Assembly: GCA_038062675.1 (NCBI GenBank)
Contig: JBBTWP010000001.1
Location: forward strand, 186,059 to 250,058
DNA from: Patescibacteria group bacterium
Lineage (GTDB): Bacteria; Patescibacteriota; Minisyncoccia; Phycocordibacterales; UBA1550
Length of the DNA stretch: 64,000 nt
Direction of reading: 5' to 3'
Position numbers and translations under genes: made by a program. Below, in pieces: positions 1 through 10,423 of the stretch; positions within the stretch are counted from its first letter, which is position 1; each line of letters begins with the position of its first letter. The notes under the pieces were generated by a model. That model saw nothing but the letters and a program-made list of their open reading frames with translations, had not been told where the DNA came from and did no database searches.

Positions 1-19
1 AAACTACTGAGGAGGATTT

Positions 20-370
20 ATGCGTAAGCCCTTGTGCTACAACAAAGTCCCTGAAGATCGTTGCGCCGTTATCCCCCGAGAGCAGTCGGAAGAATTATCC
101 AAACTTGCCGGACAACGTATTCCGTCTGGAAATCCTTGGCTTCCCTGCGCTCTTGAAAAAGGGCATAAAGGCGATTGTGTTCCTATGTGCAACAAACCTG
201 TTGCTGGAAGATATGTTCGAATACCTTCTCAAAGAGGTCCAAAAGGAAGGGTTGTTGAGGAATTATGCTGGCTACCCAAAGGACACAAGGAAGGATGCCG
301 AGACAAACATGGATTTCTTGAAATCTATCGTACGTTTACGGTCTCTGAAAGAAGATTATTCCACCGATGA
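20..370 (+). CDS. hypothetical protein with two Cys/His motifs (CxLxKGHKxxC)
   Basis: AGGAGGA SD before the ATG, internal repeat, and a hairpin plus T-tract directly downstream. Confidence 0.6.
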   Translation: MRKPLCYNKVPEDRCAVIPREQSEELSKLAGQRIPSGNPWLPCALEKGHKGDCVPMCNKPVAGRYVRIPSQRGPKGRVVEELCWLPKGHKEGCRDKHGFLEIYRTFTVSERRLFHR

Positions 371-380
371 GCACAACATT

Positions 381-417
381 AAACCTCATACTTCAATAAG
401 GAGTGTGAGGTTTTTTT
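381..417 (+). terminator. intrinsic terminator
   Basis: AAACCTCATACTTC / GGAGTGTGAGGTTT stem with T7 tail, between convergent genes. Confidence 0.7.
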
Positions 418-454
418 ATGCATGAAGGTATCTGCACTTAAACAGATAAGTTTT

Positions 455-1288
455 TTAATAATGACCGCGTGCGTACACCATGGCACCATAGAGCCCCCCA
501 AAATCTTCAAGTGTCGCTTTTTCAACAAGAGGGATGGTTGGGAAAATTTTGCAGATTTTTTCAAGATGTGCACGCACAAGAGGCACAGGAATTCCAACTT
601 CTTTCATCATTGAGCCACCAAGCACAATAATATCCGGTGACCAGTACGCAATTATATTATTGAGCCCATAGGCGAGAAACTTTGCCAATTCATCCCACAC
701 TGCATCGTCGTGAATTTCATGCGGTTTTTTACCGAAACGTTTTTCAATCGCAGTTCCTGAAATATATGCTTCGAGGTCATTCCCCTCGCAGGTTGGACAA
801 AGGGTATTATCCGGATCGATAATCTGATGCCCCGGTTCGAACCCTTGCGAGCTTTCGTCAATAAGTCCGTCCACGATACGCGCACCGCCAACACCGGTAC
901 TTACTGTAATATATGCAACAATAGTCTTGCCTCGCCCCGCACCAAAATGCGCCTCGCCCAAACCAACGAGAGCTGCGTCATTCTCCAGCATAACTGGAAC
1001 TTTAAACGCATCAGCAAGAGCATTTTTGATATCACGTCCAACCCACCCACCTAGATTGGGACTTTTTACCAACATGTTTTTTTCCTTATTTAAAGGACCG
1101 GCAATACCTCCCACGATTGCTTGAATCGGAGTACCGTTTGCAATATTGCCAATGATGCGCTTCAACGTTTCAATGCCTTCGTTGAAATCTTTTGGCGTGG
1201 CAATGACCACCGGAGCTCCGGTGAATTTTTCTTTGTCTGCGCCAACCACACGCATTTTTGTCCCTCCAATATCAAATAAAATATACAT
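455..1288 (-). CDS. ROK family sugar kinase (glucokinase-like)
   Basis: DIGGTK, ENDA, TVSTGVGG, EPGHQ motifs and CPTC. Confidence 0.92.
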   Translation of the reverse strand: MYILFDIGGTKMRVVGADKEKFTGAPVVIATPKDFNEGIETLKRIIGNIANGTPIQAIVGGIAGPLNKEKNMLVKSPNLGGWVGRDIKNALADAFKVPVMLENDAALVGLGEAHFGAGRGKTIVAYITVSTGVGGARIVDGLIDESSQGFEPGHQIIDPDNTLCPTCEGNDLEAYISGTAIEKRFGKKPHEIHDDAVWDELAKFLAYGLNNIIAYWSPDIIVLGGSMMKEVGIPVPLVRAHLEKICKIFPTIPLVEKATLEDFGGLYGAMVYARGHY

Positions 1289-1300
1289 AGAATCGTTGAA

Positions 1301-1921
1301 TTACTTAATAAGCACTACGCGTGCCGGCGCGCCATCAATATCGCCCATTTTGAGAGGCAATCCGGCAAACAAATAACTTCCGGCACTCGCTTTGGCGAGA
1401 TCGAGTCCTTCAAAGATTACAATACCCTTTTTCAACAGCGCTGTATGCGGACGCTGATCATCACCTCCGCGTTTTTTCACCGAGAGCGCATCAATACCAA
1501 ACAGCATAATACCTTTCTTCGCCAAATAATCCGCCGCATCGCCATCAAGGTATACGTAGTCGTCATAAAAAGTTTTAAATCCGCGTCTTGAATTGCTTGT
1601 TTTTGCCAAAATACGCTCTCCTTTTTTGATAGCGTGTTTTTTTAGATCCTCTACGGTTATACACTTTTTTGACCTTGTGCAATCGAGCACGCGACAATTC
1701 CCAACAAATTTTGAAAGGGGGATTTTGTTCATGCCTACACCATTTGTAAATGAATGTCGCGGAGCATCAACGTGGGTTCCGGTATGAGTGCCGAAAGAAA
1801 CAAGCGAACGCAGAGTAGTTTCACCTTGCACGCTCTCTATTTTTACCTCAGGATTTTGAGGGTAAGTAATCATCCCCTCTTCGACTGTTAAAGATATGTC
1901 GATTATTTTTTTGAATTTCAT
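1301..1921 (-). CDS. cyclase-family metal-dependent hydrolase (kynurenine formamidase-like)
   Basis: HTGTHVDAPRH signature and C-terminal DGAPARVV. Confidence 0.9.
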   Translation of the reverse strand: MKFKKIIDISLTVEEGMITYPQNPEVKIESVQGETTLRSLVSFGTHTGTHVDAPRHSFTNGVGMNKIPLSKFVGNCRVLDCTRSKKCITVEDLKKHAIKKGERILAKTSNSRRGFKTFYDDYVYLDGDAADYLAKKGIMLFGIDALSVKKRGGDDQRPHTALLKKGIVIFEGLDLAKASAGSYLFAGLPLKMGDIDGAPARVVLIK

Positions 1922-1922
1922 G

Positions 1923-2831
1923 CTATTCTTTTTCTTGTTTTACTTCATGTCCGCCAAACTGATTGCGGAGTGCGGACACAACCTGCCCCGTATAGCTTGG
2001 ATTTTTTTGAGAATCTTCGCGAAACTTGAGCGAGCCCTCAATAATCGGCACAGGAACCCCGAGCTCTTTTGCGGTTTCCACCGTCCACAAACCCTCTCCA
2101 CTGTGCGACACTTTCCCGGAAATAGTTTTGAGATCTGTTCCGTATGTCTCAAAAGCGCTCTTCGCCCACCCCACCAAACGAGACTCAATAACACTTTGAT
2201 GATTGTACAGATCCGCCACGCGCACAAGGTCAAGGTCAAATGCGGATTTTTTGAGCACCTCAAATCCCTCGCCAAGAGCCTGCATCATGCCGTACTCAAT
2301 ACCATTGTGCACCATTTTTACAAAATGCCCGGCACCCACCTTGCCCATATAAGCATAGCCGTCCGGAACAGAAATGTCTTTAAATAATTCTTCATGCGCA
2401 TCAAACACATTCTTGTCGCCCCCCACCATCGTACACGCACCCTCGCGAGCCCCGCGGGGACCACCACTGGTACCAGCATCCATAAAGTGAATACCTTTCT
2501 TTTCAAGTTCCGCTCCGTGACGCATCGATTCTTTATAGAATGAATTCCCCCCGTCAATAACAACATCGCCCGCCTGAAGAAGTGGTGTGAGTTCAGCAAG
2601 CACCGCGTCAACCGCTTTATGAGGAACCATGAGCCATATCAGACGAGGCAACGTAAGCTTGCTCGTCATTTCTTCGAGCGTATACGCGGGCATCGCCCCC
2701 AATTCTTCAAGAGCGACAATGGGCGCAGGGCTTGTGTTATAGGCCACAACCTCCCACCCCTTTTCCAAAAGCCGCTCTGCCATCCCCTTTCCCATTTTCC
2801 CCAAACCGACATATCCAATTGTTTTTTTCAT
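1923..2831 (-). CDS. gnd: 6-phosphogluconate dehydrogenase (decarboxylating, short form)
   Basis: GLGKMG, DGGNS, GAGHFVKMVHNGIEYG and ALRNQFGGH motifs. Confidence 0.95.
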   Translation of the reverse strand: MKKTIGYVGLGKMGKGMAERLLEKGWEVVAYNTSPAPIVALEELGAMPAYTLEEMTSKLTLPRLIWLMVPHKAVDAVLAELTPLLQAGDVVIDGGNSFYKESMRHGAELEKKGIHFMDAGTSGGPRGAREGACTMVGGDKNVFDAHEELFKDISVPDGYAYMGKVGAGHFVKMVHNGIEYGMMQALGEGFEVLKKSAFDLDLVRVADLYNHQSVIESRLVGWAKSAFETYGTDLKTISGKVSHSGEGLWTVETAKELGVPVPIIEGSLKFREDSQKNPSYTGQVVSALRNQFGGHEVKQEKE

Positions 2832-2889
2832 ATTTGTGCCTTTAGTATATCAAACATATTGTCATTCCTAAAACATATCGATAGTGCAA

Positions 2890-4326
2890 CTATCCGCGCG
2901 GCTTTTCCAGTCCACGACTGCCCTTTTTATACCTATGAAGAGGGATGTTTTTTAGCACATCAAGAATTGGTGTAATGAATCCCCAACTTGCAGACACCTC
3001 TTCAGTGCTTGCAAAGAGCATCTGGTCGCCAGCAATGCCGTCAAACAAAACTTTTTCGTATGCGTCCACGAGCTGTGCTTCGGAGGATGGCTGGCGATAT
3101 GAAAAAGAGAGTTCTTTTGGTTCAAGCTCAGGAATCAATCCCGGTTTTTTTGCCCAAAAAAGAATCGAGATGCCTTCGTTGGGTTGTATCCTGAAAGTAA
3201 GAATATTTTGATGATGGTGCTCTGCCCCCGGAGGACAGAGACAGGATTCTGTTTTTTTGAAATATACTTTTATTTCAGTTTTTTCTTCATCAAGCGCTTT
3301 CCCACTTTCGAGAATAAAGGGAACTCCGCGCCACCTTGGGTTGTCTACGGCAACCTCCATGCGAAAATATGTTTCCGTTTGAGAATCTTTTGATACAGAA
3401 GCAATATCTCCGTATCCTTCGTACTGTCCGCGCACAAGCGGTATGTTTTCTGTTCCTGAAGTTATGGGACGAAGTGCACGCAAGACTTCGGCTCGAGACT
3501 TACGAATTCGTGAAGCCTCGAGTTCGATAGGGTCTTCCATTGCTACAAAAGTAAGCATTTGAAGCATGTGATTTTGTCCGACATCACGGAGTGCCCCCAC
3601 CGCATCATAGAAAGCACCTCTGTTTTGTACATCTCCTTTTTCCAAAAGCGAAATTTCAACGCGCTCTATATATGTATTGTTCCAAAGAGGCTCAAGCAAC
3701 ATATTGGAAAACCGAAACATAAGGATATCTTGGAGTGCCTCCTTTGCGAGATAGTGGTCGATGCGAAAAATTTGCTCTTCTTTGAAAAGCTTTCCGAGTG
3801 TGTCATCGAGCTCGCGTGCTGTTATCACATCGTTTCCAAACGGTTTCTCGACAAGTATGCGTGTCCATCCTGTTTCATCACTGCAAGATGCTGCAATGCC
3901 GGAATGGGCGAGGTTTTCAAATATCGCTTTGTAGTAGATTGGCGGGACTGCAAGATAAAAAAGTTTACTGGCGCATTGCCCCAAACGAAATTCTTCGGCC
4001 GCAAGAACTTCCCCTAAATGCTGATAGCTTTCAAGGTTATCAAATGATCCCTGAGCATACGAAATATTCGAAAGAAATTCTTCCAAACGGTCGCGTGACA
4101 CCAAAATAGGAGCCTTGCTTTCTATTGATTCTTTTGCAAATTGTCGATACTCATCATTTGAGAGTGCGCGGCGAGATACTCCCACAATATGAAATCTTTT
4201 TGGCAAAAACCCTCTGGTAAAAAGACTAAAGAGAGACGGAATGAGTTTTTTGGTACTCAAATCCCCCGTCGCGCCAAAAATGGTTATGATGGTTGGTGGA
4301 ATCATTACAGTATCACGAGAAGACAT
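2890..4326 (-). CDS. zwf: glucose-6-phosphate 1-dehydrogenase
   Basis: GATGDLS, EKPFG, RIDHYLAKE and DVGQNH motifs. Confidence 0.96.
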   Translation of the reverse strand: MSSRDTVMIPPTIITIFGATGDLSTKKLIPSLFSLFTRGFLPKRFHIVGVSRRALSNDEYRQFAKESIESKAPILVSRDRLEEFLSNISYAQGSFDNLESYQHLGEVLAAEEFRLGQCASKLFYLAVPPIYYKAIFENLAHSGIAASCSDETGWTRILVEKPFGNDVITARELDDTLGKLFKEEQIFRIDHYLAKEALQDILMFRFSNMLLEPLWNNTYIERVEISLLEKGDVQNRGAFYDAVGALRDVGQNHMLQMLTFVAMEDPIELEASRIRKSRAEVLRALRPITSGTENIPLVRGQYEGYGDIASVSKDSQTETYFRMEVAVDNPRWRGVPFILESGKALDEEKTEIKVYFKKTESCLCPPGAEHHHQNILTFRIQPNEGISILFWAKKPGLIPELEPKELSFSYRQPSSEAQLVDAYEKVLFDGIAGDQMLFASTEEVSASWGFITPILDVLKNIPLHRYKKGSRGLEKPRG

Positions 4327-4337
4327 ATTTTTTGAGA

Positions 4338-6332
4338 CTAATTTTCTTGATAGAGGGGGTTACACCTTAGGCAAATACCGAGTTCTTCAAGTCGATTTAA
4401 GTATTTAATAACCGTAATAATATATTCTGCATGGCTCCATGCGAGCGGAGTAGCGGAAAGCTGCTCACCGGTGAATGGGTCGAGCTGTTCGGAAAGCATA
4501 CCTGAAGGGCCAGCATATTTCAATGTCCACGCAATCCATTTTTTCACTTCTTCAAAATCAGACTCTTTTTTTGCCCGAGCAATATAATACTGCGCAAGCC
4601 AAAGCGTAGTGATGATCCAAGGATTTCCGGGAACGCCAGTCGCGGAACGGAAGTAGCGATCATTTTCATAGCGCACCACACCTGAGATATTTGTCTTGCA
4701 AAGAATGCGCGCTTCAACCTGTTCGATGGCACGCGCCAATCGTGGGTCGTCGATGTCCAAAACCCCAAAAGTAAATACGCCGTAGATGCTCGACATATCG
4801 AGTGTTTTATCATACACAAATGTGCCATCATCAAGCACATTTAACATTTTGACGAAAATTCCTTCCTGTTCATCATACAAGTACGTGAGCATTGCCTGCT
4901 TAATCTCAAACGCCGCTGTACTATATACATGTTCGCTCTTTTCTTTACCGAGAAGCTTAGCAAACTTTGAAGCAGCAACGAGTGCACCGTAAACGGATGC
5001 AGCAGTAAAGGTGTGTATGCCGAATTTTTCTTCCCAAAGGTCATAGGACGCTTTAGGCAGACGAGTTTTAGGGTCACGGTATCCAACCATAAAGTCGGCA
5101 GCTTTTTTAATGAGCGTGTTATACACACTTTCGATGAATTCGAGGTCTTTCGTGTGTGTGTAATATTGCCAGAGCGCAATAAGGATCAATGCCGTTTCGT
5201 CTTCTTGGATAGGAAGTTCAATTTTCCCATCGCGCATCCATGGATGCCACGAGCTCCCAAGTGAACCGTCAGCTCGATATTTGTGCATAAAATATCCATC
5301 TTCCGTTATGATTGAGTTGCAGAAATTGAAAAAACGTTCTGCAATGTTGCCATTTCCTGTGCGAATAAACGCCATCATAGAAAATGCTCCGTCGCGCGGC
5401 CACACATAACCATACGTATCACGTCCGCTCTGAAGCATTCCAGAATCTGCGGAAGCGATAATCGAACCATGACGATCCGTATGTGAATGAATCATGAAGA
5501 GCGATTTTTTGAAAAGCGAAATTTCTTCTTTTTTAAGTCCGTAAAAATTGAAATCGTATTTGTTCACCCATGCGTGCCAATAATCGTGTGCGCTGCGAAC
5601 AAGGTGACCGGGTCTTTTCTCAAGCACATACGCATTAAGGTCGCGCGCCTCTTTGATTGATTCCGCAACAGCAACCCAATAGTAGAATGTTTTTGATTCA
5701 TGAGGAGCAAGGTTGAGATAAAATCCCAACACGGAATCCGACGGACCATGTTCAATGAGGTTTTTAGCAAGCAGGCCGTCTTCGGCGTCTTTGAAACTTC
5801 CTTCTTTTCCTTCAATTTTAAAAATGCCAGTCGTGTAATCATCAAACCCTCCATGATCAGAAACACCGTTGACAAGAAAAACGCGCTTGCCATTGTAGTG
5901 AATTACCGCGTGATGAATTGGGTCAAAATATGCCGTATCTCCTCGGTGCGATTCGTAAATCTCAAACTCATGATTAAAGAAGACCTTTATGGTGCGTGCA
6001 CGATCAGAATCATTCGTCACCGTAACTTCGCGTAAAAAAATATTTTTTTCATTATAGACTGAATCGTTAAGCTTGATTTTAACTCCTAATGCGCTGTTCT
6101 GCGCGAGCGTTTCACCAGCAAGAGCGGAATCCTGAAAATCTGAATCAATCCTCCAGTTTGAATGCGTAAACCAATTGAGTTGCCCGTCGGCGTACGCTCC
6201 CACGCGATGCGAAAAATGCCCACCGATGTGATTTTCGAGCCCAACATACGGAAAATAGATGTCACGAACCTCGGCGTACTTATCTGTGCAAACAAGCATA
6301 TTTCCGTTTCCAAGTGAAAGTGGTCTGGACAT
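4338..6332 (-). CDS. glycoside hydrolase family 15 (glucoamylase-like)
   Basis: YVWPRDG, QEDET, DLWEE and LSEQ...PLAWSHA motifs. Confidence 0.92.
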   Translation of the reverse strand: MSRPLSLGNGNMLVCTDKYAEVRDIYFPYVGLENHIGGHFSHRVGAYADGQLNWFTHSNWRIDSDFQDSALAGETLAQNSALGVKIKLNDSVYNEKNIFLREVTVTNDSDRARTIKVFFNHEFEIYESHRGDTAYFDPIHHAVIHYNGKRVFLVNGVSDHGGFDDYTTGIFKIEGKEGSFKDAEDGLLAKNLIEHGPSDSVLGFYLNLAPHESKTFYYWVAVAESIKEARDLNAYVLEKRPGHLVRSAHDYWHAWVNKYDFNFYGLKKEEISLFKKSLFMIHSHTDRHGSIIASADSGMLQSGRDTYGYVWPRDGAFSMMAFIRTGNGNIAERFFNFCNSIITEDGYFMHKYRADGSLGSSWHPWMRDGKIELPIQEDETALILIALWQYYTHTKDLEFIESVYNTLIKKAADFMVGYRDPKTRLPKASYDLWEEKFGIHTFTAASVYGALVAASKFAKLLGKEKSEHVYSTAAFEIKQAMLTYLYDEQEGIFVKMLNVLDDGTFVYDKTLDMSSIYGVFTFGVLDIDDPRLARAIEQVEARILCKTNISGVVRYENDRYFRSATGVPGNPWIITTLWLAQYYIARAKKESDFEEVKKWIAWTLKYAGPSGMLSEQLDPFTGEQLSATPLAWSHAEYIITVIKYLNRLEELGICLRCNPLYQEN

Positions 6333-6344
6333 AGTGTTGTTATG

Positions 6345-7685
6345 TTATTTCCTCACGGTACTTTTACCTCGCGGAACAAGTTTCTTTTTCTTTAAAACGT
6401 GTCCAGTTTTTTTCTGAGCGATTTTTGAAATACTTTTCCCATGTATTGCACTCTTGCGCGTCGTTGAAATTTTGTTTTTTTCTTTTGGTTTATGAGAGAG
6501 GATACGAAGCTTGAGGTCTTGAAGAGCGTTCATATAGGCAATAAAAGCTTCGTAGGGAGTGTTGTAAGGGTTAAAATATTTGTGTACATCCCCGTCAGAA
6601 AACCACTTTGTACACATATAATAAAAGTGATCAGAGGTTTGCAAGCGGCGCCAGTCGTCAATAATCCGCGCATCTTCTGTCTTCAAAGCCTGTTCTTCGA
6701 GTTCGTAGATACTTCGAATGGCGTCATGTTGCATTGGATTTGAGAGCCATGCGGACAAATCACGCTCAACATCTGCCCATGACATAAAATGATGCACATC
6801 AAGCTCAGCAACAGGCTCATAAAGTGCAATAGCTTCCGAAGGAGTCACAAAGTTGTTGTCGGGGTTTCGTAAAATTTCTTCAGGCAAATGTCGGAGGAAA
6901 TTAAAAATTCCGGTGTCTTCCCACTGGTGCTCACCAAAAGTCTCATAGTCCATAAAAAGATTAACGAGATTCCCCCCGCCATTCACCTGTGATACCCAGT
7001 CAGCAAATTTTGGTGCCGTGAGAGGAAACTCTGCCCAGTCGCGTGAAGAAAAACGAAAAGCAATATCATCCGAGAGACGATAATTTTTCAACAAAAGTTT
7101 AATTTTTGAGGTCCCTTGAGGGCGATAAAGGAAATTGGGGCTCCTCCAGCCCAAAACATGATCCGCTCCTTCGGCGAGAATCCCCTTGTAGCCCATCTTT
7201 TCGACTTCGTGCGCCAAAGCGTTATTGTAAATGAGTTCAGTATTGCGGAAAACTGTCGGTGTTACACCAAAAAGCTTTTGGACTTTTGCGCGATGAAGAG
7301 CAACCTGACGACGAAATTCTTCCGGCGAATACAAAAAAGAAAGTGAGTGGTAGTAGGTTTCCTCGAGTACTTCTACGCGTCCTGTCGCCACAAGTTTTTG
7401 AAATGATTCGAGTGTTTCTGGACTAAACATTTCGAGCTGTTCGAGAAAAACACCGGAAAAAGAAAAACTGACTTTGAATTCGGGATGCTTGTTAAGAAGT
7501 TCGAGCAAGACAGCATTTGCCGGTAAGTAACACTTCCCCGCCACTTTGTGTAAAATTTTTTTGTTGTTAATCGAGCGATCAGAATCATCATTGAAGTACT
7601 CGCTGTCATTTCCAATGTCAAAAACGCGATAATCCTTGACGCGAAAGGGCTGATGAACTTGAAAATAAAAACAGACAGATGCCAT
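6345..7685 (-). CDS. glycoside hydrolase family 57 (alpha-amylase-like) with Lys-rich C-terminal tail
   Basis: HQP, ETYYHSL, FRNTEL, MDYETFGEH and QTSDHFYY motifs. Confidence 0.93.
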   Translation of the reverse strand: MASVCFYFQVHQPFRVKDYRVFDIGNDSEYFNDDSDRSINNKKILHKVAGKCYLPANAVLLELLNKHPEFKVSFSFSGVFLEQLEMFSPETLESFQKLVATGRVEVLEETYYHSLSFLYSPEEFRRQVALHRAKVQKLFGVTPTVFRNTELIYNNALAHEVEKMGYKGILAEGADHVLGWRSPNFLYRPQGTSKIKLLLKNYRLSDDIAFRFSSRDWAEFPLTAPKFADWVSQVNGGGNLVNLFMDYETFGEHQWEDTGIFNFLRHLPEEILRNPDNNFVTPSEAIALYEPVAELDVHHFMSWADVERDLSAWLSNPMQHDAIRSIYELEEQALKTEDARIIDDWRRLQTSDHFYYMCTKWFSDGDVHKYFNPYNTPYEAFIAYMNALQDLKLRILSHKPKEKNKISTTRKSAIHGKSISKIAQKKTGHVLKKKKLVPRGKSTVRK

Positions 7686-7720
7686 ATAAGTTTATTATAT
7701 CAGATTTTTCTGAGAAACAA

Positions 7721-8953
7721 TCAAATGAATCTCGACTCTGGCGCAGGACCGCACGAGCAAATTACTTTTGTGTAATAATCGATGCATTTTTGACCCGCCA
7801 CATCCCAATTCACCTGCCGAACTTCCTTGCGACTATTTCCCCACAGTGTGTCTTTGAGGGATTTATGTGACACAACCCCCAAAATCTTGTTCGCCATATC
7901 CTCGACATCCCAAAAGTCTGTCTTGAGTGCGTGCACAAGAACCTCCGAAACGCCTGACTGCTTTGAAACAAGGACTGGTGCACCGGCAATGATTGCTTCT
8001 AGTGGTGTAAGCCCAAACGGTTCCGACACCGACGGCATCACAAATAAATCAGCCGCACGATAGGCAGCATGCAAATCTTGTCCGCGCAGAAAACCGACAA
8101 AGAGAACGTGGTCACCAATACCGAGGTATGTCGCCTCCAACATCATTTGTCGTTCCATGTCACCACTTCCCGCCACCAAGAACAGCACATTGGGATTCAC
8201 ATCAAGCACGCGTTTCGCCGCGCGTACAAAATATTCGGGTCCTTTTTGAATCGTAATGCGCCCCGCAAAAAGCACAATCTTTTGCCCTGAATGTTTGAGT
8301 TCGATAAATCGCTCAGGAATATCCTCATAGTCGCACTCATCGATACCATTGTGCACAACCTGCACCTTGTCCGGCGAAATACCGTAATGTTCGACGATTT
8401 TTTGTTTAGTAAAATTACTCACGGCAATAATACCGTCGGCAAAATTCATTCCATCACGTTCAATCTGATAGACCTCTTGGTTTACCCCCTGTCCACCAGT
8501 GCGATCAAACTCAGTCGCATGCATGTGTACAATGAGTGGCTTGCCTGAGACGCGTTTTGCTTCAATTCCTGCCAAAAACGAAAGCCAATCATGGGCATGA
8601 ATGACGTCAAACTTCTCTTTTTTTGCAATTTCTCGCGCACGAAGGGCGTACCGATGTACTTCTTGGAGTAAAGTTCCACCGTAGATTTCAGTTTGCGTTT
8701 TGTCGCGCTCGCGAAGGTACCCCTCAGAGGTTACGTACGGCTTCAGTGTGGATTCGATGGTGTGAAATTTGATGCGTTTGGTATCAGCAAACACCATTTT
8801 CATAAACGAGGAAGCAACACCAACCTTTTTGGGGAGTACAAAAATGATTTCAATTCTTTTTGCAGCGAGTGCACGCGTCAAGCCGAAACAGGCTGTGCCG
8901 AGACCACCACTGTTATGAGGTGGAAATTCCCATCCGAACATAAGTACGCGCAT
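7721..8953 (-). CDS. glycosyltransferase family 4 (probable glucan/glycogen synthase)
   Basis: GWEFPP..SGGLG, HAHDW and EPFGL motifs; start moved to MRVLMF. Confidence 0.9.
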   Translation of the reverse strand: MRVLMFGWEFPPHNSGGLGTACFGLTRALAAKRIEIIFVLPKKVGVASSFMKMVFADTKRIKFHTIESTLKPYVTSEGYLRERDKTQTEIYGGTLLQEVHRYALRAREIAKKEKFDVIHAHDWLSFLAGIEAKRVSGKPLIVHMHATEFDRTGGQGVNQEVYQIERDGMNFADGIIAVSNFTKQKIVEHYGISPDKVQVVHNGIDECDYEDIPERFIELKHSGQKIVLFAGRITIQKGPEYFVRAAKRVLDVNPNVLFLVAGSGDMERQMMLEATYLGIGDHVLFVGFLRGQDLHAAYRAADLFVMPSVSEPFGLTPLEAIIAGAPVLVSKQSGVSEVLVHALKTDFWDVEDMANKILGVVSHKSLKDTLWGNSRKEVRQVNWDVAGQKCIDYYTKVICSCGPAPESRFI

Positions 8954-9031
8954 AATATAAAGTTTGCTCTTATTGTACCATGCCGTAAGATGAAAAAGTG
9001 CAAAAATTTGTGTGGATAAGAATTTACTAAC

Positions 9032-9066
9032 AAAAAAAACTGCCACATGAGTCATGTGGCAGTTTT
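9032..9066 (-). terminator. intrinsic terminator
   Basis: AAAACTGCCACATGA-G-TCATGTGGCAGTTTT inverted repeat with a U-tract on the minus strand. Confidence 0.7.
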
Positions 9067-9084
9067 AAATCTAGTACCTTTTGA

Positions 9085-9558
9085 CTAAATAGTTTCAGGT
9101 GATTCGATCTTTACAATCTTATAGAGCGACCGCCTAGCTTTTCCATGCGACCATGACGCTTTTTTCTCTACCGTCTCAAGAAGGACCCAATTTCTTGACG
9201 CTACTTTGTATCTAAAAAAGAGTATTTTGCCTAGAGGGCTGCTTAAAACCTGTAAATTTAAGTAGACACCGTGGTAGTAAGTAATTTCTTGAACAACAAA
9301 CGTGCCTTCTTGAGCAGTCCCGCTGCAATGAATTTGCAATACGTCATTTTTATTAATCAAGGAGCTGTAGCTAATTGCCTTATTTCCACATGCATTATGT
9401 CTGCCTAAGTAATAATCACTCAACTGATTCTTGTTACTGAGTAATTGAATGTTCTTTGTTCCACAGTGCGGACAGGTAAGTGCTCCCTTTTGGGGGCCTA
9501 CTAATTGTTTACCGCTCTTTTTAAAGAAAACAACGGTCATCTTTTTTTCAATAGTCAC
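9085..9558 (-). CDS. hypothetical Zn-finger-like protein (CPxC...HxxC), probable paralog of 20892..21329
   Basis: GTG start with AGAGGG SD, own promoter-like motif and terminator. Confidence 0.65.
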   Translation of the reverse strand: MTIEKKMTVVFFKKSGKQLVGPQKGALTCPHCGTKNIQLLSNKNQLSDYYLGRHNACGNKAISYSSLINKNDVLQIHCSGTAQEGTFVVQEITYYHGVYLNLQVLSSPLGKILFFRYKVASRNWVLLETVEKKASWSHGKARRSLYKIVKIESPETI

Positions 9559-9701
9559 GAAACACGCCCTCTATATTTGTTGGTACATGGTTGTTTTCAA
9601 TATCCACTTAAAACATAGCACATTTTATGACGTTTGTACAGAGTTACTATCGAAATTCTGCTGGTATTGATTTTCCAAATTGAGTATGTTATAATATAAA
9701 A

Positions 9702-10418
9702 ATGAATGAAGAAACCTCATACCCAATGCGCATCAATCGCTACTTGGCACAAAAAGGATTTAGCACGCGTCGTGGCGCCGACAATATCATTACCAAAGGA
9801 TTGGTAAAAATAAACGGTGTTGTCGCGACCCTCGGTACAAAAGTACAAGAAAAAGACGTCGTTGAGGTTGCGGAATCTGTGCTTCTCAAAAATGCTTTAC
9901 AGTACCGCTACGTCGCCTACCACAAACCTCGTGGCATGACGACCGACCTCCAGAAAGACACCCAAGGTATTATCGGCGGTACGCCAGCACTCCGCGGACT
10001 CTTCCCTCTTGGTCGCCTCGACAAAGACTCGCACGGACTCCTTATCCTCACCAACGACGGCCGTCTCACCGACCGCCTTCTTCACCCCGACCATGCGCAT
10101 GAAAAAGAATACTTGGTCAGAGTTGATAAACCAGTGACGGACAGTTTTGTACGCCACCTTGAACGTGGCATCAACATTGAAGGCTATCGCACCAAACCTG
10201 CGGTTGCTCGTCGTGCCGGAGAAACCACCTTTCGTATCACACTCACCGAAGGAAAGAAGCATCAGATTCGTCGCATGTGCGCAGCAGAAGGTTTTCAAGT
10301 TGAAGACCTTGCCCGTGTACGCATCATGAGCATTAAATTGGGAACACTCAAAGAAACGGCGTACCGAAGCATCGAAGGCGCAGAGCTTGCGCTTCTTCTC
10401 AAACAAATAGGGCTCTAA
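9702..10418 (+). CDS. rRNA pseudouridine synthase (RsuA/RluB/RluF family)
   Basis: N-terminal S4 domain, GRLDKDS catalytic motif and EGKKHQIRRM. Confidence 0.93.
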   Translation: MNEETSYPMRINRYLAQKGFSTRRGADNIITKGLVKINGVVATLGTKVQEKDVVEVAESVLLKNALQYRYVAYHKPRGMTTDLQKDTQGIIGGTPALRGLFPLGRLDKDSHGLLILTNDGRLTDRLLHPDHAHEKEYLVRVDKPVTDSFVRHLERGINIEGYRTKPAVARRAGETTFRITLTEGKKHQIRRMCAAEGFQVEDLARVRIMSIKLGTLKETAYRSIEGAELALLLKQIGL

Positions 10419-10423
10419 GAGCC

